Shown: positions 20,147-30,332 of the stretch, piece after piece
Layout of the letters: each line of letters begins with the position of its first letter
How positions within the stretch are numbered: the stretch's first letter is position 1
Virus record (IMG/VR): IMGVR_UViG_3300011008_000999
Strand: one strand, 5' to 3'
DNA: 64,000 bases
DNA from: a virus
Lineage: Duplodnaviria; Caudoviricetes
Translations under genes and position numbers: made by a program
Notes under the pieces: generated by a model
What the model saw: only the letters and a program-made list of their open reading frames with translations
Database searches by the model: none
Told to the model about the DNA's origin: nothing

Positions 20147-21160
20147 TTAGACACCAAACTTACGCTTAATGCTGTCTACATCAAATGAAATATTTTTCTC
20201 TTTCTTAATCTGAGCTTTTGCTATTTCTGTAAGCATCTTAAGCGAAAGAGTGTTATCTTTACCTTTAACCCATTCATGTAAGATTTTATTAAGTTCACTT
20301 ATATGAATAAGTTTAGTATTACTTTCATACCACTCATCTGTACGAATAATGTCTACTGGCATATCACCAACTATACATACATAACCATCAATAGAATCCA
20401 ATTGAATTCCATTCGACTTCATTACTTCTTGCCAAATATGAGTAGATGGATGAACTTCAATGATCTCTTTACCTTTATCTGCATCAACTACACACCCATT
20501 CATGAGCATTAATGACTGACCTTGTTTGATCTTAAGATTCTTAGCATCTACTACTAAAAGATTATTTCCATATACTAATAGAGTATCAGTATCAGGTATA
20601 TAGTCTTTTTCTGATTGTTTAGGTGGTTCATCTACACTTATTGAATAATCTCTAATAACTTCACTTGCAGGACTACTTTCAATAAGTAGTTCATTACCAA
20701 AATAATCATTTGCACTTACATGAATAATCATTCCATTTGAGTATTTCAGTAATACTTCATCACCATTTTGTTCTGTATTAGCTAAAGTTGCATTTTCAAG
20801 TGAATTAACAAATTTTGCTCTTTCTTTGTCTTCGAACCTATATGCAAGACTAGCAAATGCTACTAATCCGTTAAGTTCATCATCGTATTTAACTAGTCTA
20901 GTTAAAAATTCACAAAGATCTTCTTCACCTTTAATGCCGGCTTTTGTTTTAGATATTTGACCTTCAAGTTCAGGATCTTTCATTTCCCAATCAGTTTTGC
21001 CAAATTCTCTACTATCTCGTTTTTCTTCTAATTGTGCTAAGGTTTGTCTTAAACCTTCACCAGGATCTCCAATTACTCTATTACCAGCAACTAGATAGTT
21101 ACGTACGTTAATAGCTAATTGTTTATCCTCAGGTCTTATACCATCCTGATTTAGTTTCAT
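20147..21160 (-). CDS. NERD-like nuclease domain protein
   Basis: AGIKGEE ... DTDTLLV.GNNLLVVDAKN pattern. Confidence 0.65.
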   Translation of the reverse strand: MKLNQDGIRPEDKQLAINVRNYLVAGNRVIGDPGEGLRQTLAQLEEKRDSREFGKTDWEMKDPELEGQISKTKAGIKGEEDLCEFLTRLVKYDDELNGLVAFASLAYRFEDKERAKFVNSLENATLANTEQNGDEVLLKYSNGMIIHVSANDYFGNELLIESSPASEVIRDYSISVDEPPKQSEKDYIPDTDTLLVYGNNLLVVDAKNLKIKQGQSLMLMNGCVVDADKGKEIIEVHPSTHIWQEVMKSNGIQLDSIDGYVCIVGDMPVDIIRTDEWYESNTKLIHISELNKILHEWVKGKDNTLSLKMLTEIAKAQIKKEKNISFDVDSIKRKFGV

Positions 21161-21173
21161 ACTTAACCTCCAA

Positions 21174-21617
21174 TTATAATATCTGACAAGCTATTTGCTC
21201 AATATTTTTTATTATATCTTCTAAATAATCATTGCGTGTTTTTAATTCTCTAATCTGTTGTTCGAGCATAGCTATTTTTGTATTATCGCTACATTCAATA
21301 TACGATTTATTACAAACTTTTCTATTTAGATCATTTTTAATTTCTGTATCAGATTTACTTTTTATTATATCCACAACAGAATTGTGTTCTGAATATAATA
21401 AGTCATTTTCACTACATTGTAAATAATTGCATAATAGACTTAATTTTTGCCTATCTATAATACCAGTTTTTATTACACTATCTATATATGGTTTACGTTC
21501 TCCAATTGCATGTGCTATTGATGTTAACGTTAACTTATATACATACGCATAATATTTAATAACATGTATATTGATAGCAACTATATCTTTAGTTAAATCT
21601 GAATTATGTTTTGTCAT
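21174..21617 (-). CDS. XRE-like HTH protein with C-terminal coiled coil (1 module)
   Basis: LTSIAHAIG...LCNYLQCSENDLL. Confidence 0.6.
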   Translation of the reverse strand: MTKHNSDLTKDIVAINIHVIKYYAYVYKLTLTSIAHAIGERKPYIDSVIKTGIIDRQKLSLLCNYLQCSENDLLYSEHNSVVDIIKSKSDTEIKNDLNRKVCNKSYIECSDNTKIAMLEQQIRELKTRNDYLEDIIKNIEQIACQIL

Positions 21618-21714
21618 TATTATTTTTTCTTATACTTACAAACAAGAATGCAATTGATCTAAATCAACTACATTCTTTTGCTTCTATAAACTTATAGAAT
21701 TAAATAGCACTTCG

Positions 21715-22485
21715 TTAGCTATTCTTCGATGTAAGTTCATTGAGCTTAAGTTGTAGCTGACTAATCTGACTAAATGCAGAATCCATAAGATTAAGAAGAT
21801 CACTAAGCTGATTATTAAGATCATCAAACTCTTCTTTATCAATAAGAAGCTTTACATGAGATTTACCTTCAGCATCAGTTATCACTAACTGAGAATAACC
21901 AACAGGAGTAACTTCTTTCTTTGCTACTTTAGGTTCGATCTCAGGCTTAAGTTCTTTCGTTTCTTCTTTAATTTTAGGCTTAACTGAAACTTTTGTTTTA
22001 GGTTTATCTGTCTTAGGCTTCGGTGTATATTCATATTTAATGAACTTAGACTTACCGACACGAAGAATTTCACACATTTTGTTAAAAGATTCTTCGTTCA
22101 TTTTACCAGTCTTTACACATGAACCTACGTAATTATAAGTATAACCCATCTTAGTACTTAATGAATCCATAGAGAGTCTAATCTCTTTAAGATACTTTTT
22201 AAGGGCGGTACCTTTGATCTTTACTGTATTACCAATAGATACTTTAGTGCCTGTATGATACATATTCTTTTCATCATCAACAGTAAGAATATTATCATCT
22301 GTACCAAGTAAATTACACATAGTCTTGTAAGCATCAGCAGACATCTTGCCGTTCTGCAAACAATTGTAAATGTAACCATCAGAATAACCAAGAAGCTTGG
22401 ATAAAGAAGACATATTATATCCATTAAGCTCCATGTATTCTTTTACCTTAGTGGTGTCTATATTAACGTACGTATAGGTTTCCAC
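21715..22485 (-). CDS. XRE-like HTH protein (2 modules)
   Basis: Two copies of LS.xxG Y...Y...C...GKM....MC..L. Confidence 0.65.
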   Translation of the reverse strand: METYTYVNIDTTKVKEYMELNGYNMSSLSKLLGYSDGYIYNCLQNGKMSADAYKTMCNLLGTDDNILTVDDEKNMYHTGTKVSIGNTVKIKGTALKKYLKEIRLSMDSLSTKMGYTYNYVGSCVKTGKMNEESFNKMCEILRVGKSKFIKYEYTPKPKTDKPKTKVSVKPKIKEETKELKPEIEPKVAKKEVTPVGYSQLVITDAEGKSHVKLLIDKEEFDDLNNQLSDLLNLMDSAFSQISQLQLKLNELTSKNS

Positions 22486-22502
22486 TAATTATCCCTCCTT
22501 TT

Positions 22503-23615
22503 CTATTGAGTCTCACGACTAATATATTCGAGTATCTCTGTTGACATTTTAAGACCATCAACAAGTCTATTAAATTTATCTTCTTCGACAAGAACATAAT
22601 TCTTTCTGTCGATTGAGATCTTAACTAAATCAATCTGTGCAGGAACTATTTCATTAAAGAGGGGAATAATAGTCTTTGCTGATTCACTAAGATTTACTCC
22701 AGAATGATTATTCTTGTCACTTTCGGATGACATATTAAGTACTTTATTATCATCTGTTTTGGTATTCTTTGGTGACATTCTGGGAACTTCTGGAGTATCA
22801 TCAATTACAGCATTTTCATTAATACTACTAAGCTGAATAATATAGTTTTCTACTTTATTATTAAGACGCTTTCCGTTAGACAAACAGTATGATACATAAG
22901 TGGGACCCATTCCACATTCAATAGAAATATCTTTAGAAGTCTTTCCTGTTTTCTTAATTAGATCTTTCATCTTAGCTTTATAATCAGCATCGCTAAGAAT
23001 ATTTTTATCTTCAGTCTCTGGAACAGTTATAACAGGTACAGAATCGATCTTCTTTACTACCACTGGTCTTACATCATTAAGTACTTTCATAAGTTCATTA
23101 TAAAATGACTCATGCATTCTACCAGTCTGCATACAAGAATTGATATAACCTGCACTCTTACCATGGTTAATACAAAACTCTGCTCTCTTAATATTAGACG
23201 CCTTTAACTTAGCCTGAAGTTCTACCTTATCAAATTCAACTATACCAATAACTTCTCTTTTTCTTCCTGATTTTGTTTTAGGTTGATTTTCTTCATTATA
23301 TTTAGGAACATTGATTTTTGTAGCAGTCAGAACATGCTCAACATCCTGTGTGTTATTTTCATGATTCTGCGCAAATACATATTTACCATCAGTAGAGAAT
23401 GTAGGATATAATACTCTAAAGAAATCACATAACATGATATATGTAGCCTTAGGCATTTTCTTCTCTGCTAAACACTTATCAATAAAACCTTCTTCTTTAA
23501 AGACAACTTTAGACTCAATATAATTATTATTAAGTCCAGCTGCAATTATAGTCGCCTTAATTACATTTACATCAAGATTTACTAAATACTCACATTTTTC
23601 TTTTCCCATAATCAA
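22503..23615 (-). CDS. XRE-like HTH protein (3 modules)
   Basis: Three degenerate copies of the same module. Confidence 0.55.
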   Translation of the reverse strand: MIMGKEKCEYLVNLDVNVIKATIIAAGLNNNYIESKVVFKEEGFIDKCLAEKKMPKATYIMLCDFFRVLYPTFSTDGKYVFAQNHENNTQDVEHVLTATKINVPKYNEENQPKTKSGRKREVIGIVEFDKVELQAKLKASNIKRAEFCINHGKSAGYINSCMQTGRMHESFYNELMKVLNDVRPVVVKKIDSVPVITVPETEDKNILSDADYKAKMKDLIKKTGKTSKDISIECGMGPTYVSYCLSNGKRLNNKVENYIIQLSSINENAVIDDTPEVPRMSPKNTKTDDNKVLNMSSESDKNNHSGVNLSESAKTIIPLFNEIVPAQIDLVKISIDRKNYVLVEEDKFNRLVDGLKMSTEILEYISRETQ

Positions 23616-23666
23616 TGTCCTTTTATAAAAATAAATATAAACGCTACAATAAACAGAGGCTAAGTC

Positions 23667-25154
23667 TTATGACTTAGTCTCTGCATAAAACATTTTTCTA
23701 AGAGTTACTGCATCTCTAGGAAGTAAGTCTCTCTTTTCAGCAGTATTCTCATTATAGAGCTTCTTACAAAATTCATAGAACTTAAGCGCAAGCTCATCTT
23801 CAATAAGGTCTTCTCTCTTGTACTTTCCATACTTAAGAGTTCCCTGCGCAATAGATCTCATAAACTTCCAGAATTTATAGAATGCAAGCTTAACCTTAAC
23901 CATATAACCATCAGCAGCTTCTACTACAAATCCTTCGATCTGACGACCTTCGTATAAGTAATCATTTGCAGTAACAGTTTTGTACCAATCTACAAATTCT
24001 TCGTAAGTATCAATTACACACGCCTTAGTCTTATACTTAAGACCAAGATCCTTTGCTATATCTACAAGCTGCTCATAAGGAAGCTGTTCAAAGTCCATCT
24101 TATTCTTAATAATTGCTATCAAGAAAAGCTGATTTTCAGCATAATCAATAATGTGAGGATCATTCTTCATATCTACATTTTCAAAGACAAAAGTAACATT
24201 CTCATTTTTAGAGAAGTTTTTCATCTTTTCAATGTTTTCAGAAGTCATATTTCTCTCAATTGCTTCTCTTAACCATACTGAGAAATCACCTTCAGGTGAA
24301 GACTTAGTAGTAACAAAAAGATCATCAGTCTCTTCATTATATGAAGCAAGACCAAGATAACCATTTTCCTTTACATAGCAAGTTACAGGAAACTTCATAG
24401 TCTTAAGGTTACCAAGCTGAGTAGATTCCATTTCACCGATATTAAAGAACTTATTAAAACCACGCGCAACGATCTTACCTAACTTAGTGTTAATGTAAAG
24501 ACCTCTTGCAACTATAGTCTGATTATCCCATACACCAGAATAGAAAGCTTCTCTAGTAAAGTTAAATGATGAGATATTTCCATAAGACTTTTCAGCCACA
24601 CAAGGATTAGATCTCATATTGTCAATAACTTCATCTATATCATCAAGCTTTACTTCTGATTTAACAGTAGAAATCTTATCAAATTCTTCAGGCTTAATAA
24701 CCTTTACATATGAAGGAACTTCACACTGTTCAAAGTTATGATACATTCTATCAATAACTTCTTCAGGAACACGTCTAAATGCTTCACGAGATGCATTTCT
24801 TCTCTTGCACTCTTCAATAGGAAGATCAGTGAAATCAATCACAAATGCATGATAATTGTATCTCTCAACAAGTGACTTATAAGAGTTAATTTCTCTAGTA
24901 GTTGAGTGAGTTGCGTCTATAATAGTATAAAGACCAAATGACATACGAAGTTCAAGTAACTGATTAAGATACTTGAATACCTTGCCATTATATTCCTGAG
25001 AAATTTCAGATACTTCAGTAGAACCTGAATAAGAGTACATAAACTGAAGTCTAAGATCATCAGTTGAAATGGTATAAGGTTCTAACTTGTTGTTCTTTAT
25101 GAAAGTTGATTTTCCGCAACCAGGTGCACCACGAAGAATTATTAATGATCTCAT
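23667..25154 (-). CDS. Polynucleotide kinase - RNA ligase (T4 Rnl1-like) fusion
   Basis: N-terminal GAPGCGKS P-loop and IIDATH; C-terminal ARGFNKFFN, KENG (motif I), EGFVV, KVK. Confidence 0.88.
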   Translation of the reverse strand: MRSLIILRGAPGCGKSTFIKNNKLEPYTISTDDLRLQFMYSYSGSTEVSEISQEYNGKVFKYLNQLLELRMSFGLYTIIDATHSTTREINSYKSLVERYNYHAFVIDFTDLPIEECKRRNASREAFRRVPEEVIDRMYHNFEQCEVPSYVKVIKPEEFDKISTVKSEVKLDDIDEVIDNMRSNPCVAEKSYGNISSFNFTREAFYSGVWDNQTIVARGLYINTKLGKIVARGFNKFFNIGEMESTQLGNLKTMKFPVTCYVKENGYLGLASYNEETDDLFVTTKSSPEGDFSVWLREAIERNMTSENIEKMKNFSKNENVTFVFENVDMKNDPHIIDYAENQLFLIAIIKNKMDFEQLPYEQLVDIAKDLGLKYKTKACVIDTYEEFVDWYKTVTANDYLYEGRQIEGFVVEAADGYMVKVKLAFYKFWKFMRSIAQGTLKYGKYKREDLIEDELALKFYEFCKKLYNENTAEKRDLLPRDAVTLRKMFYAETKS

Positions 25155-25220
25155 AATTAAGTATCTCCTTAAATATTATGAGTTTATTATAACATGATTA
25201 GTTTTATTTGTAAATAGTTT

Positions 25221-25946
25221 TTAGATACGTTCATATCTAGGCATAAGACTTACTTTATGAAGATTAAGTCTATGTCTACGTTCAATATTCTCTTTCTTCT
25301 TAGGATCATCGATCTCACCAGTCTCAATATAATGATCAAGTTCTGCATAAGTGAAACCGAGATTATCTTCATCAGTCTTACCACAAAGACCATCAGAAGG
25401 TGTCTTATGTACAAGATCTTTCGGAAGTCCAAGAGCATCACCAATCTTAAGCATATCCGTTACAGTGAACTCACAGCAAGGACTGAAATCACCTATGCTA
25501 TCACCAAACTTTGTAGAATAACCTACATAATCTTCAGAGCAGTTGCAAGTATTACATACTCTACCACCATTAGGAAGAGACTGTGCAATTGCATAAAGTG
25601 CAGTCATTCTAAGTCGCGGAGCAATATTGATTTTAGTATCTTCAGATGGATTATCAAGCTGTCCCATAAGACCATTAAATGCATCTGCAATATTTACTGT
25701 ATAACTCTTAATACCTAACAGATCAATAACTCTCTGACTATCTGAAATATCTTTCTGTTCTCCATTAGGCATCATAACACCAACTACTCGATCTTTACCG
25801 AGAGCATCTACAAGAAGTTTGGCAATTATGGTAGAATCTTTACCACCGGAAATACCGATTACCGCACTTGCCTGCGGACCATTTGTCTTAAACCATTCTT
25901 TAATCCAGCTTTTAATTCCTTCAATTTCAAAATTTACATCAAACAT
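25221..25946 (-). CDS. nadE: NH3-dependent NAD+ synthetase
   Basis: GISGGKDS, NIAPRLRMTALY, GYSTKFGD, KTPSDGL, DEDNLGFTY. Confidence 0.95.
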   Translation of the reverse strand: MFDVNFEIEGIKSWIKEWFKTNGPQASAVIGISGGKDSTIIAKLLVDALGKDRVVGVMMPNGEQKDISDSQRVIDLLGIKSYTVNIADAFNGLMGQLDNPSEDTKINIAPRLRMTALYAIAQSLPNGGRVCNTCNCSEDYVGYSTKFGDSIGDFSPCCEFTVTDMLKIGDALGLPKDLVHKTPSDGLCGKTDEDNLGFTYAELDHYIETGEIDDPKKKENIERRHRLNLHKVSLMPRYERI

Positions 25947-25948
25947 AT

Positions 25949-26362
25949 TTAAGCCTCCTTAAAATGATGCTTTAGAATATCACATACTTGTTTTGATTGT
26001 TTATACCAAATATGGTTTTTACCATATCTAGATTCTATTTCATTTAATCTTTCTGCTATAGTGACTTCTTCGCCTGTAGGACTTGTAGTCATATCAGCAA
26101 GATTTATAATCAGCCATTCCATATCTACACTAGTTGGAATAGTTCCATGAGACCTAATGTAGTCAGCATGTCCCCAACCTTTTAATAGGTCAGCTCCAAT
26201 TTCTTCATGCCATTCAGGATCAAATTCATAACCGATATCATGATTCCATCCTAAAGCAAACATTTCTCGTGCATACTGCTCATCATAACCAAGGTCTATA
26301 GTTATTTTATATGCTTTACGCGCAACTCCTAAGATATGATGCAGTCTATTTTCTGTTATCAT
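25949..26362 (-). CDS. HD-domain protein
   Basis: RLHHILGVA, HDIGY, H...GA, LADMTT. Confidence 0.85.
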   Translation of the reverse strand: MITENRLHHILGVARKAYKITIDLGYDEQYAREMFALGWNHDIGYEFDPEWHEEIGADLLKGWGHADYIRSHGTIPTSVDMEWLIINLADMTTSPTGEEVTIAERLNEIESRYGKNHIWYKQSKQVCDILKHHFKEA

Positions 26363-26865
26363 AGTTTCTTACCTTTTAGATATTTGTAAAAATCTGCATC
26401 AATATACTTCTTATACTTATTAGGATCTTTACGTATCTTTGTACCAGAAATATTGATCTTACTTCTATCTGCAATTATAAAATAGTGATATGGATATAAC
26501 TCACTTAATTTACTTGCATAATGTTCTTCACCAGTATACCAACAACAAGTATTTTCATTTGGATTTATATTTGCGTTAGTAAAAAGTTCTTTACACCAAG
26601 CTCTCCAAGCAGGAATATCAAACTTACCGGAAAGACCAATTTTCTTATCGTCAATAGGAACCACTATAATGTTAGGATTATCTTTATATTTAGTTTTCAT
26701 TAACTCTATACGAGTTCTAAATGGAAGGAAGTCTTTTCCTCTATCATCATCAAAGCCGCAAACGCCAATAATAACAGTACTATTTTCCTTAATAGCTCTA
26801 TTTATTAGAGATAAGTGACCTTGATGAAGAGGAATAAAACAACCAAATACTATGCCTATTTGCAT
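26359..26865 (-). CDS. Nicotinamide/nicotinate-mononucleotide adenylyltransferase-like (NadR/NadM-type)
   Basis: FGCFIPLHQGH (HxGH) and ISGTKIR; sits between nadE and pncA. Confidence 0.8.
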   Translation of the reverse strand: MQIGIVFGCFIPLHQGHLSLINRAIKENSTVIIGVCGFDDDRGKDFLPFRTRIELMKTKYKDNPNIIVVPIDDKKIGLSGKFDIPAWRAWCKELFTNANINPNENTCCWYTGEEHYASKLSELYPYHYFIIADRSKINISGTKIRKDPNKYKKYIDADFYKYLKGKKL

Positions 26866-26873
26866 GTTACTCC

Positions 26874-27380
26874 TTAAACAATATCGACCTGGAAAGTCTT
26901 CATTGCTTCAATAGCGGTTTTATGAGTATCAGGAGTTACACAAGCACAAAGTCTCTCGATTACCTTAACAGTAGTTTCAGGACAAAATGCTTTAGCAAGT
27001 GCAACATTACTGATTACACAGATTCCTGTACATACGCCGCAAAACTCAACATAGTCAAAACCATTGTTCTTGATATAGTTAGCAAGATCTACACTACCGA
27101 AAGTAGGCTTATTGAATATATTTGCTTTTGCAGGAACGTTGATTCCATCAACGATCTGCCATCCTTCAGTACTTTCAATACAGTGAACAACCGGAAGCTT
27201 GCTACCTTCCTGAGTCTCCATATAGTTAGGCTGGTGAGTATCTCTTGTAAAAACTACTTCTCCATCAAAAGTCTTTACATAGTCATTGATATCACCGACG
27301 ATCTTCTGTGCTTCTGTATTTGCAAGAGTTCCAGTAACGAAGTCATTCTGCATATCTACAACAACTAAAAGTTTCTTCAT
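26874..27380 (-). CDS. pncA: Nicotinamidase (isochorismatase family)
   Basis: VVDMQNDF, TRDTH, HC, KPTFGS, GVCTGICV. Confidence 0.88.
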   Translation of the reverse strand: MKKLLVVVDMQNDFVTGTLANTEAQKIVGDINDYVKTFDGEVVFTRDTHQPNYMETQEGSKLPVVHCIESTEGWQIVDGINVPAKANIFNKPTFGSVDLANYIKNNGFDYVEFCGVCTGICVISNVALAKAFCPETTVKVIERLCACVTPDTHKTAIEAMKTFQVDIV

Positions 27381-27449
27381 AAGATTTCTCCTTTATAAAT
27401 TGATTTATTTTATTATAACATGAAAATTTTATGTTGTAAATAGTTTTTG

Positions 27450-27917
27450 TTATGCATTGTGCTCATCTATAAACTTTGCTGTATTGATAAAGATCTGTTT
27501 TAACTGATCATCAATCTGATAACGTTCAGCATTCTTAGTAATAGACGTAAGAAGGTTACCATTATTTTGACGTTCTGACGAAGCCTTCCAATCTGCAAAC
27601 ATTTCTATAGTATCAATTAAATTCATATCATTGATACCTTTAGTAAAATGCTCAGGATGATGTCTATTCTTTGCATAATGTGACGGAAGAGCAGTAACTT
27701 TTAATTCTGCAAGTGATGCATTATATTCATCTGATCCATAAGTAAGACCACTAAGCTTATCATTAACTCTAGCAAACTCTTCTGCTTCAGGACTCTCAAG
27801 CTTACTTCTATCATGATCTATACCACGTTGAGTAAGTGCATCTGTAAATATCTTAATATACTTACGTACATTTTCGATATGTTTAATAGTGTCTAATTTG
27901 CTTTCAGCAAGTTTCAT
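27450..27917 (-). CDS. HD-like conserved phage protein (DUF5662-like)
   Basis: HDRSKL, HYAKNRHHPEH, EMFADW. Confidence 0.7.
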   Translation of the reverse strand: MKLAESKLDTIKHIENVRKYIKIFTDALTQRGIDHDRSKLESPEAEEFARVNDKLSGLTYGSDEYNASLAELKVTALPSHYAKNRHHPEHFTKGINDMNLIDTIEMFADWKASSERQNNGNLLTSITKNAERYQIDDQLKQIFINTAKFIDEHNA

Positions 27918-27937
27918 ATACTTTATCGTCCTTTCTA

Positions 27938-28249
27938 TTATTCCCAGCTATGTGAAATACCTGTTACTAATTCATCAAGTTCTGCGAAAAATTTTTCATG
28001 TGAATCTTCCCATTTATTTTCAAGCTGTTCTGAATATGTAGCAACTTCACCACCACATTCATATTCTACATAAATATATACTTCACCACTGGTTTTTACT
28101 GCTACCCAGCCATAATAAAGATTTGAAAATCTAATACGCTTCTCAAAACAATTTCGAAGTTGACCTGTTACACTAGATCTTGTATATTTAAAACCATGCT
28201 CAGTAAGTATATTTTTTGATTGACTTAAATCTTCACTTAATATACCCAT
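27938..28249 (-). CDS. Hypothetical protein
   Basis: 103-aa ORF, translationally coupled. Confidence 0.65.
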   Translation of the reverse strand: MGILSEDLSQSKNILTEHGFKYTRSSVTGQLRNCFEKRIRFSNLYYGWVAVKTSGEVYIYVEYECGGEVATYSEQLENKWEDSHEKFFAELDELVTGISHSWE

Positions 28250-28425
28250 TAGTTTTCTTCCTCCTTTTTCATAATTTTACCACAAAATGGGCATTTATTT
28301 GGTCTTATTTCAGTTCCATGAGAATTTATAGGTGCATCCATTTTACATGAGGCACATCTGTATCTATAAAACTCATTATCTCCAAAATTTTTACAGTACT
28401 CTTCCCAATAACTAGTATTTTCCAT
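28249..28425 (-). CDS. Small zinc-ribbon protein (58 aa, not in ORF track)
   Basis: MENTSYWEE...YRCASC...NKCPFCGKIM; AGGAG RBS. Confidence 0.7.
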   Translation of the reverse strand: MENTSYWEEYCKNFGDNEFYRYRCASCKMDAPINSHGTEIRPNKCPFCGKIMKKEEEN

Positions 28426-28501
28426 AATATCTCCTATTTATGTTTAGCATAAAATTCCTTAAATCGTTCAAAAGTACTATCCATACACATTAAGAACTTA
28501 A

Positions 28502-28708
28502 CTATATCTGGATCTGTCTTAACATGTGTAGCTCTAAAATGCAAATATCAGGTTTACTATGTTCCCAAATACTTACTTCAAGTTCAAGTGGACCATCAAT
28601 ATAACCTGTACTACCTGTACCGTACGAATCAATTTCTACATCATCAGGTAGATTTTTTAGAATTTCTTTTAACGCACCAACTGTAGTAATTGGATATATT
28701 GTTGTCAT
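28502..28708 (-). CDS. Hypothetical small protein
   Basis: TVGALKEILKNLPDD start typical of small phage proteins. Confidence 0.65.
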   Translation of the reverse strand: MTTIYPITTVGALKEILKNLPDDVEIDSYGTGSTGYIDGPLELEVSIWEHSKPDICILELHMLRQIQI

Positions 28709-28720
28709 TAAATCACCTTC

Positions 28721-29953
28721 TTAATAAATAACTACAACTGTTCCAACTTCAACTGCATCATATAATTCATAAGAAAAATCAAGTGGAAGGTTAATACATC
28801 CATGAGAACCATTTGTGATATAAGTCTCAGGATTTTCAAAATCTGATGCAGGTCTCCAAGTAGCGTCATGAAGTCCATGTCCGCGTTCAGTAAATCTCAT
28901 CCAGTTCTTTCCAGAAAGACCACCATCAAATGCAATTCCATGAAACATACTAGAAATCTGATATACGCCTATAGGTGTATCAGTTATATCAAGTTTTCCA
29001 GTAACTACTTTAGATTTAAGTTTAAGCTCTCCATCTACATAATACCAAAGATACTGATCTTTAATAGATATCTCAATAAATGTATTAGGAATTTCAAACA
29101 TATAAGGATGTGTGAACCTATACTCTTTGAATTCCTCTCTATTTACAAATTCAGATTCATTATCTGCAAGAAGAATAGGTACTCTATTTGTTTCAGACTC
29201 AAGTGAGCAAATCTTATCTTTGATATAAAGATATTCTTTCTGAAAATCTACTCTATTTCCATAAGTACTTATACAATAGCAATCTTCAGCTGACTTTATA
29301 TATATAAGACCATTAACTGGAGAGTTAAATTCCCAAGTATTATAATAAGTATTGTACTTATCAGCCTTTTCTTTTACAAGTTCGATTACGTGATTATTAA
29401 ACTCTTCAGAATCAAAATGAGTAGTAATAGTATTTGAACTTACAGTAACAAAATCTTTAAGATCATAAATATTGATATACTCGTTATTTGTATACTGAAT
29501 TGTAAAGTTAATATAACGACTAAGAATACCAACAAGTCTATCATATTCCATAGAAGGTCCGTTATCAGACATAACAAAGTCTTTAACATCAATAGTAGAC
29601 TTAGGCGCAGATTCTTTAATCTTATCATATAACTTATCTATATCAATAAGATTAGTTTCTACATACTCAGTTACTCTTAATCCTTTCTCATCCCAGACAA
29701 GAGTAGGATATGTATTATCATGTCTACCAGCATTTAGTGATTTTAGATATTCCTTAGTGACAGTATTCTTATCAATCTCAAGTATATTATTGTTACTAAC
29801 TACAGATACGGTATTACAAATAGGTTCAGCAATAATTTCTTCTATTTGACTGGCTTCTACATTCTTAGAACAAGCTGCTATAGTACAAACTCCAGTAATT
29901 GTTACAATTGCAAGTATAATAGGAAATGCAAGTTTAGTTAAATGTCTCATCAT
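28721..29953 (-). CDS. L,D-transpeptidase (YkuD domain), secreted
   Basis: N-terminal signal; IEISIKDQ, VVTG, TPIG, GLHDA.WR, GSHGCINL. Confidence 0.92.
   Translation of the reverse strand: MMRHLTKLAFPIILAIVTITGVCTIAACSKNVEASQIEEIIAEPICNTVSVVSNNNILEIDKNTVTKEYLKSLNAGRHDNTYPTLVWDEKGLRVTEYVETNLIDIDKLYDKIKESAPKSTIDVKDFVMSDNGPSMEYDRLVGILSRYINFTIQYTNNEYINIYDLKDFVTVSSNTITTHFDSEEFNNHVIELVKEKADKYNTYYNTWEFNSPVNGLIYIKSAEDCYCISTYGNRVDFQKEYLYIKDKICSLESETNRVPILLADNESEFVNREEFKEYRFTHPYMFEIPNTFIEISIKDQYLWYYVDGELKLKSKVVTGKLDITDTPIGVYQISSMFHGIAFDGGLSGKNWMRFTERGHGLHDATWRPASDFENPETYITNGSHGCINLPLDFSYELYDAVEVGTVVVIY
29092..29152. repeat. 61-bp dispersed repeat shared with the primase gene (34779-34839)
   Basis: 54/61 identical by manual alignment, first 37 bp with one mismatch. 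Confidence 0.9.
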
Positions 29954-30035
29954 ATCTCCCTTAAGAATTAAATTCTCTTTTGATTTATATTTACGAATTT
30001 ATTATAATATGCAAATGTTACCATGTAAATAGTTT

Positions 30036-30254
30036 TTATGCTCTAGCATTCCAACGTTTTAAAGCTTCACTAGTTACATATTCTCTAGCAGTTTTAAGTG
30101 TTTCTAAATCTATATCTTTAAGTACTTTAGAATTTATTGGACCTCTAGCATGACAGCTATTACATCTACCACTAGCTTTCATAGTATAGCAAGACTTAGT
30201 AACTTGAATTTTTACTTTATTACTTCCACAGAATGGACATGCTAACTGATTCAT
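30036..30254 (-). CDS. Lar-like (restriction alleviation) zinc-ribbon protein
   Basis: LACPFCG...CNSCHARGP...ALKRWN. Confidence 0.7.
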   Translation of the reverse strand: MNQLACPFCGSNKVKIQVTKSCYTMKASGRCNSCHARGPINSKVLKDIDLETLKTAREYVTSEALKRWNARA

Positions 30255-30277
30255 TTATTTTTCTCCTTTTCCTAATT

Positions 30278-30307
30278 AAAATGGGCACCGAATACTCGGC
30301 ACCCATT
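30278..30307 (-). terminator. Intrinsic terminator after pncB
   Basis: ATGGGTGCCGA-GTAT-TCGGTGCCCAT then TTT. Confidence 0.75.
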
Positions 30308-30332
30308 ATGTAACTTTATGTTGATGAGTTAC

